Positions 42,901-51,122 of a stretch of DNA of 64,000 nucleotides are shown piece after piece. Below the pieces are notes generated by a model, which made no database searches, had not been told where the DNA came from, and saw only the letters and a list, made by a program, of their open reading frames with translations. The stretch is taken from the NCBI GenBank assembly GCA_902546725.1, contig CACCLB010000007.1, forward strand, positions 35,208 through 99,207, written 5' to 3'. Every line of letters starts with the position of its first letter. Positions within the stretch are counted from its first letter, which is position 1. The position numbers were made by a program, and so were the translations under genes. The DNA comes from an uncultured Bacteroidota bacterium (lineage in GTDB: Bacteria; Bacteroidota; Bacteroidia; Flavobacteriales; Flavobacteriaceae).

Positions 42901-43218
42901 CTGTCCCCAGGTTCTTTAGAACCCAAAATCGCCGACTTAAAAGTAGCTATAGCTTCGGTAGATTTTATGCTTGAAGGCAGCCCTTCTAAAGAAGAGATAG
43001 GGGAACGCAATCCTTCAAGAGTTCAAAGGTATTTGTACAATGCTTTCGATGGAATGGGGCATTCTTATGGGCCAACAGCTTTACACAAGAAAAGTCTCGA
43101 AATTGCAAAAAGTATGCTTGTAAAAGTGGAGACTGAAGTGGATAAAATCGTCAATTCGATGATCCCTAAAATTGAGGAAGCTTTAAAAGTAGCTGACGCT
43201 CCTTATATATCTAATTAG
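39982..43218 (+). CDS. secreted BNR/Asp-box, sortilin(VPS10)-like beta-propeller protein with a C-terminal helical region
   Basis: A signal peptide and many S-x-D-x-G-x-T-W Asp-box repeats (TENAGTTWS, SMNGGKTWD, TTNGGKSWN, SDDGGDNWT, SEDRGASWK, SEDGGKTFV, TENGGESWR, STDKGMTWK, SLNGGTSWQ). Confidence 0.8.
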   Translation: MKPIFSILVALALCLPSLADAQRKNRKKAEPKPAEVSLDAFSFRNVGPAFLSGRIADIAVHPNNESVWYVAVGSGGVWKTENAGTTWSPIFDDQSTYTTGCVAIDPSNPEIVWVGSGENVGGRHVAYGDGVYRSMNGGKTWDNMGLKNSEHISEIIVHPDNSDVVWVASQGPLWSKGGERGLYKTTNGGKSWNRVLGNDEWTGVTDIMIDPRNPRIIYAATWDRHRTVAALMGGGPGTAIYRSDDGGDNWTKLTNGLPKSNMGKIGITISPQNPDVVYAAIELDRTKGAVYRSEDRGASWKKMSDTVSGGTGPHYYQELYASPHKFDRLYLMNVRVLTSEDGGKTFVQLKEQDKHSDNHAIVFKKDDPNYIMLGTDAGIYESFDLAETWRYMKNLPLTQFYKVAVNNAEPFYHIFGGTQDNGSAGGPSATDERQGIANKHWYKTLFADGHQSATDPVYNDIIYAETQQGGLHRIDLTTGEQISIQPQAAEGEPHERFNWDAPILVSPHNPSRLYFASYRVWKSETRGDDWEVISGDLTRNEDRITLPIMGRQQSWDNAWDVGAMSNYNTITSLAESPVQEGLLYAGTDDGFIQLTENGGESWRKIPVTALGLPERSFVNDIKADLFDANTVYVTLDNHKEGDYSPYLFKSTDKGMTWKSISSNIPDRTLVWRMVQDPVKANLLFAATEYGIYTSLNGGTSWQKLPGTPSISFRDLTIQKRENDLVAASFGRGFFVLDDYSALREFTLGNLNKEGKLFQPRPAKWFVQRSNVGNTGADYYFAKNPEYGAVFTYHLSKEYKMQKSLRQKREKELNKAEKNVPFPGWEALDAEKQEMPAQVILTIEDQQGNVINKVKKKASKGSHRIAWNLEHFNPFAISMNGRSRRGGGALATPGTYQATLHLEKDGNVTKLDGPISFEVKPIREGVLKGAGYAEYNAFRTDLTSFIQQISEVQDKFDQSKKKLKALSTAVDRSKLSPGSLEPKIADLKVAIASVDFMLEGSPSKEEIGERNPSRVQRYLYNAFDGMGHSYGPTALHKKSLEIAKSMLVKVETEVDKIVNSMIPKIEEALKVADAPYISN

Positions 43219-43236
43219 CCATTAGTATAGTACCCT

Positions 43237-43266
43237 AAAAGACCGCATTTAGCGGTCTTTTTTTTT
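43237..43266. terminator. bidirectional rho-independent terminator
   Basis: AAAAGACCGC-attta-GCGGTCTTTTTTTTT lies between the convergent BNR protein (+) and the MscS-family gene (-). Confidence 0.8.
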
Positions 43267-44515
43267 ATACAGCTGGTAAAGTGGGGGATAGCTCAAAACA
43301 TTCCAAATGGAAGAAGGGTATCGCAGCTAGAAGATGATCAAAGATGTCAGAAGAAATACCTTCGTAGTTGATCCAAACTTTATCTTTACTAAAGGCGTAA
43401 ATCTCTAATGGAATTCCTTGTGCAGTGGGAGCCAATTGGCGACACATTACCGTCATGTTTTGATTGATTTGATCGTGTGTCTGAAGATAGACTTGAGTAT
43501 AGTATCTAAAAAGGCCTAGATTGGTAAAATTTCTCCCATTAATCAATAAACTCTTATCTGTTTTTTGAGCGGTATTTGAGGCTTCAATTTCTTTTTGACG
43601 CTCATCGATTAGGGGAGCTATTCGATCAATTTTCTTTAACTCTGAAATTTCATCAGGTTCCAAAAAACGTATGCTAGCCGATTTTATTAGTAGTGATTTT
43701 TTGATTCTTCTACCTGAAGATTCGCTCATCCCTCTCCAATTGATAAAAGAATCAGAGATTAGCTTATAGGTAGGGATGGAGGTAATGGTTTTGTCAAAAT
43801 TTTGAACCTGAACAGTAGAAAGGCTAATTGAGATAACATCCCCATCGGCATTACTGTTTGGCATACTGATCCAGTCTCCAATACGAACAGTGTCATTTAC
43901 CGTAATCTGAACACTGGCGACAAAACCGAGTATGGTGTCCTTAAAAACAAATAACAAAACCGCTGATAGAGCACCAAGTGTAGTTAAAAAGGATCCAATA
44001 TCTCTTCCTGTAAGTACCGATAGAATTAAAATGCCCCCGACAAACCATAAAAAAATCATGAATACCTGTAGGTAACTGTCCAAAGGTTTGTCTTTAAATG
44101 AGGCTAGTGTTTTGAGATAATCGTTTACTGATTTTAATACCGCTCGAATCAAAGCAATGATCAATACAATAAGCAAGGCTTCAGTAATATTCTGCACAAA
44201 AGCCGCAAAGTCTTGACTGATGACTGTAAAAAGAGTCGGTATGGTCTCATAGTAAAGGAAGAGTACAGGAAGGTAGGAAAGAATCTTTGGGACTTTATTT
44301 TGAATAAGAATATCGTCAAATTTAGATGCTGTACTCCTCGCAAACCTGATAAAAAAACCAGCAATGACTTTTCTTGTAATCCAGAAAATGATACGTCCTA
44401 GTACTAGAAATAAAATCAACAATAAAATTAACGCGAAACTGTTAGACCAAAATTCAGAAAGGCCTCTATCGCTGAATAATTCTGCAACAATGGATTTAAG
44501 GTCTAAAATATTCAT
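43265..44515 (-). CDS. mechanosensitive ion channel family protein (MscS-like)
   Basis: Multiple N-terminal TM helices and the MscS beta-domain motif (VRIGDWISM...DGDVISISL..V). Confidence 0.85.
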   Translation of the reverse strand: MNILDLKSIVAELFSDRGLSEFWSNSFALILLLILFLVLGRIIFWITRKVIAGFFIRFARSTASKFDDILIQNKVPKILSYLPVLFLYYETIPTLFTVISQDFAAFVQNITEALLIVLIIALIRAVLKSVNDYLKTLASFKDKPLDSYLQVFMIFLWFVGGILILSVLTGRDIGSFLTTLGALSAVLLFVFKDTILGFVASVQITVNDTVRIGDWISMPNSNADGDVISISLSTVQVQNFDKTITSIPTYKLISDSFINWRGMSESSGRRIKKSLLIKSASIRFLEPDEISELKKIDRIAPLIDERQKEIEASNTAQKTDKSLLINGRNFTNLGLFRYYTQVYLQTHDQINQNMTVMCRQLAPTAQGIPLEIYAFSKDKVWINYEGISSDIFDHLLAAIPFFHLECFELSPTLPAV

Positions 44516-44555
44516 GGATTTAATTTTAATGTAAAATTACATTTAACTTTTCACT

Positions 44556-46031
44556 TTACTGTATTTGATCTCCAATTTTGGTAATGGCATTGGCCAGTGC
44601 TACAAAGTCTTGCTGTTTGGTATCAGGATTCATCAGTACTGTTCTTAAAAAACGTTTTCCTTTAAATTCGCAAGAAGTAATGTAAAAAGCACCGCTATTG
44701 ATCAATTCATAACGCAAGGCGAGTTGATCTTGATCACTTAAACGGTCAGGGCGAAATTGAAAGCATAAGATATTTGATTCAGGAGGATAGGGACAATAAA
44801 AGTCTTCTAAACTATTGAGATAGGTGTAAAGATGGCGTGCCTGCTGAAAACTGTGCTCTATAAATGCTGTCATCGCATCTTCTCCTTTAAGTGCAAAGCT
44901 CCAAAACAGCTTGGTGCCTAAAGCCGATTTTGTACATTCAACAGTAAAGGGCATGGAGTCCATACCGATTACTTCATTTTCATGAAAAACATAGCTTCCT
45001 TTTTGACGAAAATTATTCCATTGGTGCTCCTGATTTTTAAAAAGAACAGCTGTGCAAAGTGCGGGTACTTGAAGCATTTTATGTGCATCCCAGATAACGC
45101 TGTCAGCTCTTTCTATACCACTAACTTTACTTTTTTCTGTTTTAGAGAGAAGCGCAACTGCTCCATGGGCTCCATCGACATGAAACCACAATTTGTGTTT
45201 TTCACAGAAATCTGCCATCTCATCTAGGGGGTCAAAAAGTCCTGAGGATGTAGCGCAAGCATTCGCTACAACTGCCATGACGCGTTTGTTTTCTTTCTTT
45301 ATTTGTTTTAAAACGGGTTCTAACTGCTCGGTTAGAATCACCTCATTAGAGTCCACAGCTACTGGTACAAATGCATTTTTACCCATCCCCATGATGGACA
45401 AGGCACGTGCTATTGAATAATGTGCTGTTGCTGGTCCAATCACAACAAGGTCGCTTGGATTACCTTCAGTCCACGCCTCAGGCGCTATGGCAGCACGTGC
45501 AGCAGATAAGGCTGTCAGATTAGCTACAGATCCCCCATGCGTTAGTACACCACTTCCATTGTTGGGTAGGGTAGTAAAATCGCATAGATGATCTCCTTTA
45601 AACCACTTTAGCTTTGAAAGCATCCAATTGATCATAAAGCCTTCAAGTGTTGCCCCAGCTGGACCCATCTCATAAAGTGAGCTTGGATTGTTTATTGTCC
45701 CATGTATCCAATCGGGTATACCCGAGAGGTCTTGGGGAACCGCTACCTGATGTCCCATATACCTCGGATTACTCAAATGATTGGTGTGGTCTAAATAAGT
45801 TTTAACAAAGCCTTCCAAACTTTTGACATCCTTAAAACCATTTTTAAAAACAGTATTCAGCTGAAGTTTTTCTGCGATATGTTCAGGAGTTTGCTGAAGA
45901 AGAACGACTTCTTTTCCAGTTTTACTTTGCTTGAGATAGTCATTCAGTACTTCTGCTATCCGTTCTTTAGTCTCCAAGAAAGGTAGAGTGGCTGTTTTTT
46001 CAGTAGTACTAGTTTGGATTGCTTCAGGCAT
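44556..46031 (-). CDS. group II pyridoxal-phosphate-dependent decarboxylase (substrate unknown)
   Basis: THGGSVANLTAL, HVDGAHGA and the PLP-lysine context DAHKMLQVP. Confidence 0.8.
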   Translation of the reverse strand: MPEAIQTSTTEKTATLPFLETKERIAEVLNDYLKQSKTGKEVVLLQQTPEHIAEKLQLNTVFKNGFKDVKSLEGFVKTYLDHTNHLSNPRYMGHQVAVPQDLSGIPDWIHGTINNPSSLYEMGPAGATLEGFMINWMLSKLKWFKGDHLCDFTTLPNNGSGVLTHGGSVANLTALSAARAAIAPEAWTEGNPSDLVVIGPATAHYSIARALSIMGMGKNAFVPVAVDSNEVILTEQLEPVLKQIKKENKRVMAVVANACATSSGLFDPLDEMADFCEKHKLWFHVDGAHGAVALLSKTEKSKVSGIERADSVIWDAHKMLQVPALCTAVLFKNQEHQWNNFRQKGSYVFHENEVIGMDSMPFTVECTKSALGTKLFWSFALKGEDAMTAFIEHSFQQARHLYTYLNSLEDFYCPYPPESNILCFQFRPDRLSDQDQLALRYELINSGAFYITSCEFKGKRFLRTVLMNPDTKQQDFVALANAITKIGDQIQ

Positions 46032-46036
46032 GAATA

Positions 46037-46411
46037 TTAGTCTTGATTGTGTTCTGGGACAAATTTAAAGAAAAATCCTGCCCAAATTACTTTTGAAAGT
46101 GCATTGATATAAGGCATCAGTAAAATCAAACCAATAGAGATGATGATAAAGTTTTGTATCATGCCTTTTGCAAGACCAAGTAGCAGTAATGTCAGGTAGA
46201 TCGCGATACTGATTCCAACTCCTAAACCATAGGAAACATACATAGAACCGTAAAAAAAACTAGGCTCAATTTTAAAGTTGAGTTTACAGTGGGGGCAAGA
46301 GTCATTGACCTTGTTGAAGTGCGATAGTCGGTAAGGATTCCCTACAAGAAGGTTTCCTTTTCTACACTGAGGGCACTTTAATTTAAGAATCGAGAGTAGC
46401 TTTGAGCGCAT
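46037..46411 (-). CDS. DUF983-like membrane protein with an N-terminal zinc ribbon
   Basis: CPQC...CPHC followed by two TM helices. There are 5 nt between its stop and the decarboxylase start. Confidence 0.6.
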   Translation of the reverse strand: MRSKLLSILKLKCPQCRKGNLLVGNPYRLSHFNKVNDSCPHCKLNFKIEPSFFYGSMYVSYGLGVGISIAIYLTLLLLGLAKGMIQNFIIISIGLILLMPYINALSKVIWAGFFFKFVPEHNQD

Positions 46412-46483
46412 TAATAACTTTTATTAAAATTAATGCTTTTAAAATTGAACACCTAAGAAAAAAGAGGAGGTCAAATGCTTAAA

Positions 46484-47455
46484 CTATTGTGACCAAGATG
46501 TAGGCTTTCTGTCCCAACGATGGGTTTTGAGTTTAGCATAAAGTTCAGTAACCATGGGTTTACCATCAATGCAATTGATATTTGCAATTACATTTTTTTG
46601 TTTTCGCATGCCGGGAATGATTGTGCCTACAGATTTATTTTCTAAAATAAACCTCAGAGCCACAGCTGCCATGTCAGTGTCTTTTGGAATTAGTGGTCTG
46701 AGTAGGTCCGCTCTGTCTGCACTGGCATTAAGATTCTCGGGAACAAAATAGGTTCCCCTCCAATCGCCTTCTGGGAAAGTGGTCTCTCGGGTAATGTTAC
46801 CTGTAAGTGTACCTTCATCAAATGGAACGCGGGCTATTACAGCTATGTCGTTAGCATCACAATAGGGAAACAAACGATCTTCAGGAGCTTGATCAAAAAT
46901 ATTGTATATCACTTGAACAGCGTCAATAAGACCGGTTTCTAGGGCGACTATTCCATTTTCGGGTTCCCAGCGATTCATACTGATTCCCATGGCTGCGATT
47001 TTGCCTTCTTTTTTTAAATCCTCTACCGTACGTTGCCACTCTTCTTCCGGAGTCCATCCATCATCCCAGGTATGAAATTGCATCAAGTCTATCTGTTCCC
47101 GTCCAATGTTTTTTAGTGTTTTTTCGGTATATGCTCTGATATGAGCAGCTGGATAGGATTCGGAAAAAGTATAGTGCGGTTTTGCTGGCCACTTAAAGTT
47201 TTTGGGTGGGAGTTTACTCGCAGTGTAGAGTTTTTTATCTGGATGGTTTTGTAGTAATTTCCCTAGGAGGCGTTCACTATGTCCCTCTCCATAGCCCCAT
47301 GCAGTATCAAAGAAATTCACCCCTTTTTCTACCGCTAAATTTAGGGATTCCATGGATTGGATATCATCAGACTCTTTCCAACCTCCCATTCCCCACATAC
47401 CATAGCCTATTTCACTGAGTTGCCAATTTGTTCTTCCAAATCTTCTGTAAATCAT
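46484..47455 (-). CDS. aldo/keto reductase
   Basis: AKR pattern GYGMWGMGGW...FFDTAWGYGEGHSE... Confidence 0.88.
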   Translation of the reverse strand: MIYRRFGRTNWQLSEIGYGMWGMGGWKESDDIQSMESLNLAVEKGVNFFDTAWGYGEGHSERLLGKLLQNHPDKKLYTASKLPPKNFKWPAKPHYTFSESYPAAHIRAYTEKTLKNIGREQIDLMQFHTWDDGWTPEEEWQRTVEDLKKEGKIAAMGISMNRWEPENGIVALETGLIDAVQVIYNIFDQAPEDRLFPYCDANDIAVIARVPFDEGTLTGNITRETTFPEGDWRGTYFVPENLNASADRADLLRPLIPKDTDMAAVALRFILENKSVGTIIPGMRKQKNVIANINCIDGKPMVTELYAKLKTHRWDRKPTSWSQ

Positions 47456-47459
47456 AAGT

Positions 47460-48383
47460 TTATTTGTTTAAAATCGAATTTAGCCAATTTTCTGCATTTT
47501 TACTCCAGATGCTATGTGTACCAGTTCTCCCTAAACCGTAACCGTGTCCACCGTCAGCAAAAGCATGCATCTCCGCTGCTACGGAAAAAGCCTTTAGCTG
47601 GTTTAAGTATTCAAAACTGTTTTCAACTGGAACTGCCAAATCATCTATTGAGTGAATTAAGAGGGCGGGAGGGGTGTTTTTGTCAACTTGGAGTTCATTT
47701 GAAAAATAATCCACTTCCTTTTGGGAAGCAGATTCACCTAACAAGTTGTTTCTCGACCCCCCATGAGTAATATTTTCTTGAAACGAAATCACGGGATAGA
47801 TGAGCATGGAAAAGTCAGGACGAGCTGAAACTTCAGTCTCATGCTCGTAAACCTTAGCATCGTAATGTGTCGATAGTGAAGCTGCCAAATGTCCACCCGC
47901 AGAAAAACCCATTACCCCAATTTGATTAGGATTGACACCCCATTTTTTAGCATTTTTGCGAATAGTACGCAGTGCTTTTTGTGCATCCTGAAGTGGTCCT
48001 ACACTTTTATCAGTCATAATGCGATCGTCAGGCAGACGGTATTTTAAAACAAAGGCCGAGATACCCAAACCATTGAGCCATTTAGCAACTTGATAACCTT
48101 CATGATCGATAGCAAGTATTTTATAACCTCCTCCAGGGCAAATGAGAACTGCAGCGCCGTTGGACTTCTCTTTTGGAGCTGGATAAGCTTTTAAGCTTGG
48201 GGCAACCACCTGGTGAATTCTAAGGACATCATCTGGTTGATTTCCACCGCTGGCGTATTCTTCCACTTCAGAAGAAACAATCTGACCAGGAATCCCATTT
48301 TCCCATAAGGGAAACTCCTCTTGGGCAGTCAGTGAGTTAATATTTAAAAGGATTACAATCAGGATAAATAGTTTAGAATTCAT
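47460..48383 (-). CDS. secreted alpha/beta hydrolase (esterase/lipase; candidate carbohydrate acetylesterase)
   Basis: A signal peptide, nucleophile elbow GFSAGGHLA, and DD/H near the C-terminus. The ATG at 48383 is preferred over the TTG at 48413. Confidence 0.8.
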   Translation of the reverse strand: MNSKLFILIVILLNINSLTAQEEFPLWENGIPGQIVSSEVEEYASGGNQPDDVLRIHQVVAPSLKAYPAPKEKSNGAAVLICPGGGYKILAIDHEGYQVAKWLNGLGISAFVLKYRLPDDRIMTDKSVGPLQDAQKALRTIRKNAKKWGVNPNQIGVMGFSAGGHLAASLSTHYDAKVYEHETEVSARPDFSMLIYPVISFQENITHGGSRNNLLGESASQKEVDYFSNELQVDKNTPPALLIHSIDDLAVPVENSFEYLNQLKAFSVAAEMHAFADGGHGYGLGRTGTHSIWSKNAENWLNSILNK

Positions 48384-48393
48384 AACAGTAAGT

Positions 48394-49731
48394 TTAATCT
48401 GTACCTTGGGCAAGCTCCAAAGCAGTAGTAGTTAAATGATATTTAGTCAGCATGTTGGTAATTTCCCAATTAGGGATTTTTTGTTTTTTATAGAACTCAA
48501 TATAGCGTCGAGTAACCTCAGCAAAGTGGGCTTCGTGTCCTTCCCTTAACTCCATAGGGATGCTTACTTCCCATCGATTGGCTTTTGATACAAGGGCTAT
48601 ACCAGGATAGGTATTTTTTAAGGAATCGACAGCTTTTTGAAGAGCCATAGTGTCAAACCCTTCCTTTGGGTTTAAATAAAGGGTAGGTGTATAATTTTCT
48701 TTAGCCGTCTGAAGTATTTCTAAATCGGCTTTACTTCCTCTCATAATAGAGTAGTGGGTATCTCCTGCTCCTTGTGGAGCTTTAAAATTCCATATAACTT
48801 CAACCTTGGCATGATGGCCTTTTAAGGTGTAGTTCATGGCACCATTAGCGTAAACTTGAAGGGTGTCGTTTTCGACATAAGGAATAAGATATTCGGGATA
48901 GGAATTCAAGCCTGTGACCTGTTTAAAATCCTTTTTAGACATGGGTGTGGCCAAGCGCTCTGCCCTTAGTAGCGTTATATCCTCCTTTTGAATTGCTTCT
49001 TGTGGAAAGCACTCCCAAAATGTAAGATCTACTAAATGCGAACTGACATCAACTAAACCCTCACCTTGTAGTTTGACATCAAAAAACCAAGCCGGTCTGA
49101 TTAAGGGCTTTCCAGAGACCGCTTTAGCATAGTGATGAATGGATGACTTGACTATGGCAGGTTCTTCCAAATTTCCTTGTATTAATGTTCCAAATACATT
49201 TCTTAATTGGGAAAGTTCTTTTTGAAGTACGGTAGTAATTTCAGAGCGTTCGGTCATGATATCATAAAGCATCAATTTTTTTTCCTTTGCCAACTGAAAT
49301 GCCTGTTCCAAGGCTTGATATTCATTTGGATCAATAACCATAGGCTTGTCTGCGTAAACATGAAACCCGTGTTCAATGGCATTCAGGATGTATTCAGTTT
49401 TCTTTTGATTATTTCCCGAGAGCATGACAACTCCAGCTTTTTCTTTATTCAAAAGTTGCTCAAAAAAATCATCACCTTCATAGACCGTGGATTTCCATGT
49501 AGTTGGACCTTCCTCACGTTGATTATAGGCCTCAATTCGAGCGAGATGTAAATCTAAATCGCCACCTTTTGGAGCGTAAATATGAACTTCACTATCAATC
49601 TCAGGATACATGGTTTTTTGGACCAAAGCCGCGTGAAAGTGCCCAGGATCAAGGGTAATCCATTGGATTTTATCACTCTGCTGACCGCATCCCACAGCTA
49701 AAATAAGTAGGAGTACTAATCGAATTTTCAT
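48394..49731 (-). CDS. lipoprotein, putative oxidoreductase (Oxidoreduct_C-like family)
   Basis: A lipobox (LAVGCGQ) and N-terminal LDPGHFHAAL, typical of the 'putative oxidoreductase C-terminal domain' proteins. The family was recognised by eye. Confidence 0.55.
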   Translation of the reverse strand: MKIRLVLLLILAVGCGQQSDKIQWITLDPGHFHAALVQKTMYPEIDSEVHIYAPKGGDLDLHLARIEAYNQREEGPTTWKSTVYEGDDFFEQLLNKEKAGVVMLSGNNQKKTEYILNAIEHGFHVYADKPMVIDPNEYQALEQAFQLAKEKKLMLYDIMTERSEITTVLQKELSQLRNVFGTLIQGNLEEPAIVKSSIHHYAKAVSGKPLIRPAWFFDVKLQGEGLVDVSSHLVDLTFWECFPQEAIQKEDITLLRAERLATPMSKKDFKQVTGLNSYPEYLIPYVENDTLQVYANGAMNYTLKGHHAKVEVIWNFKAPQGAGDTHYSIMRGSKADLEILQTAKENYTPTLYLNPKEGFDTMALQKAVDSLKNTYPGIALVSKANRWEVSIPMELREGHEAHFAEVTRRYIEFYKKQKIPNWEITNMLTKYHLTTTALELAQGTD

Positions 49732-49736
49732 CAGTT

Positions 49737-51119
49737 CTAGTATTGAATGTTAGTAGTTCCGTAAGGTGCTCTTTGAGAACGTCTTAACATGGCATTAGCT
49801 TCAGCATCATTGATGAAACGTTCAGTCATAGGATCCCAATTCAATTGACGTGGTAGTTTCATCGCAATATGACTGATGAGACAAACCGTACACGCGCGAT
49901 GACCAATTTCTACGGGTGAGATTGGCTCTTCACCACTTTGGATACAATCCAACCAATTGCCGTGTTGCTCTTTACTTTCGTAAAGGTGAATCTCATTTGG
50001 TCCAATTACAGATTCTAAAATTTTAGGATCACTAGCATCTAAAGACTTTACTCCATTTTGTTCTGGAATGGGATCTGAAGGTGTTGCTCTATAGGCTCCT
50101 CTTGTAACAAAGATCCATCCGTCTTCACCTTCATAACGAATTCCATTGGGGAACCCTCCACTGGTCAGCATAGTTATCCCATTTTGATATTCTGCTTTAA
50201 CCATAAAATCTCCGTGGACATCCCAACTTCCGTATTTAGGGAATTCAGCAATGGCTTCAACACTTTTTGGTCCTGTGTACTCCGTATTCATTCCCCAAGC
50301 AGCTGAATCAAAGTGATGCTGTCCCCAACCTGTAATCATTCCTGCTCCGAATTGCTCTTTACGAAGCCAACCTGGACGACTGTATCCCTCCTTTGGATGT
50401 ACAAGCATTTCTGAGTATTCCATTTCAGGTGTTGAACCGAGCCAAGCATCAAAGTTTAAGGCAGCTGGAACTGCTTCTATTTGTGCAATTGGCCCTGGAG
50501 GATCGCCAGGAAGCCCAACTTTAACTGTATGTAATTTACCTATTCTTCCGTTTCGAACAAGTTCAGCTGCATATCGGAATTGGGGGGAGGAGCGTTGTTG
50601 AGTTCCAACCTGAAGGATGATTCCCTGGTCTTGTACTATATTACTGAGTGTTCTTCCTTCCTCAACAGTGAGTGAGGTGGGCTTTTGCAGATACACATGT
50701 TTTTTAGCAAGTGCAGCCTCGATTGCTGGTTGTGCATGCCAATGATCAGGTGTACTTATGATTACTGCATCGATATCCTTGTGTGCTATCATCTCTTGAT
50801 AGTTGTCAAACATCTTAGTGTCCACCTTTTTACCTTTCTCTTGGTAATAGTTATCCACCAAATTTTTTCCATCCTTGGTGCGGTTCTGATCCACATCACA
50901 AACAGCTACCATTTGAGCTACTTCGTGCTGCATGGTGCCTGGCATATCGTGAGCACGTGCTATGCGTCCGCAACCAATCTGTCCTATTTGGATACGGTTG
51001 CTAGGGGCATTTTTCCCAAAGACACTTGAAGGAACTATGCTGGGTATTGCCGCAGTAGCTAAAGCAGTTGCAGAGGTCTTTTTAATAAAAGAACGTCGGT
51101 TTATATTGTTTTTTTTCAT
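49737..51119 (-). CDS. TAT-exported Gfo/Idh/MocA family oxidoreductase
   Basis: A twin-arginine signal (NRRSFIKKTSATALATAA) and a Rossmann motif (IGQIGCGRIA). Confidence 0.85.
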   Translation of the reverse strand: MKKNNINRRSFIKKTSATALATAAIPSIVPSSVFGKNAPSNRIQIGQIGCGRIARAHDMPGTMQHEVAQMVAVCDVDQNRTKDGKNLVDNYYQEKGKKVDTKMFDNYQEMIAHKDIDAVIISTPDHWHAQPAIEAALAKKHVYLQKPTSLTVEEGRTLSNIVQDQGIILQVGTQQRSSPQFRYAAELVRNGRIGKLHTVKVGLPGDPPGPIAQIEAVPAALNFDAWLGSTPEMEYSEMLVHPKEGYSRPGWLRKEQFGAGMITGWGQHHFDSAAWGMNTEYTGPKSVEAIAEFPKYGSWDVHGDFMVKAEYQNGITMLTSGGFPNGIRYEGEDGWIFVTRGAYRATPSDPIPEQNGVKSLDASDPKILESVIGPNEIHLYESKEQHGNWLDCIQSGEEPISPVEIGHRACTVCLISHIAMKLPRQLNWDPMTERFINDAEANAMLRRSQRAPYGTTNIQY

Positions 51120-51122
51120 GAG

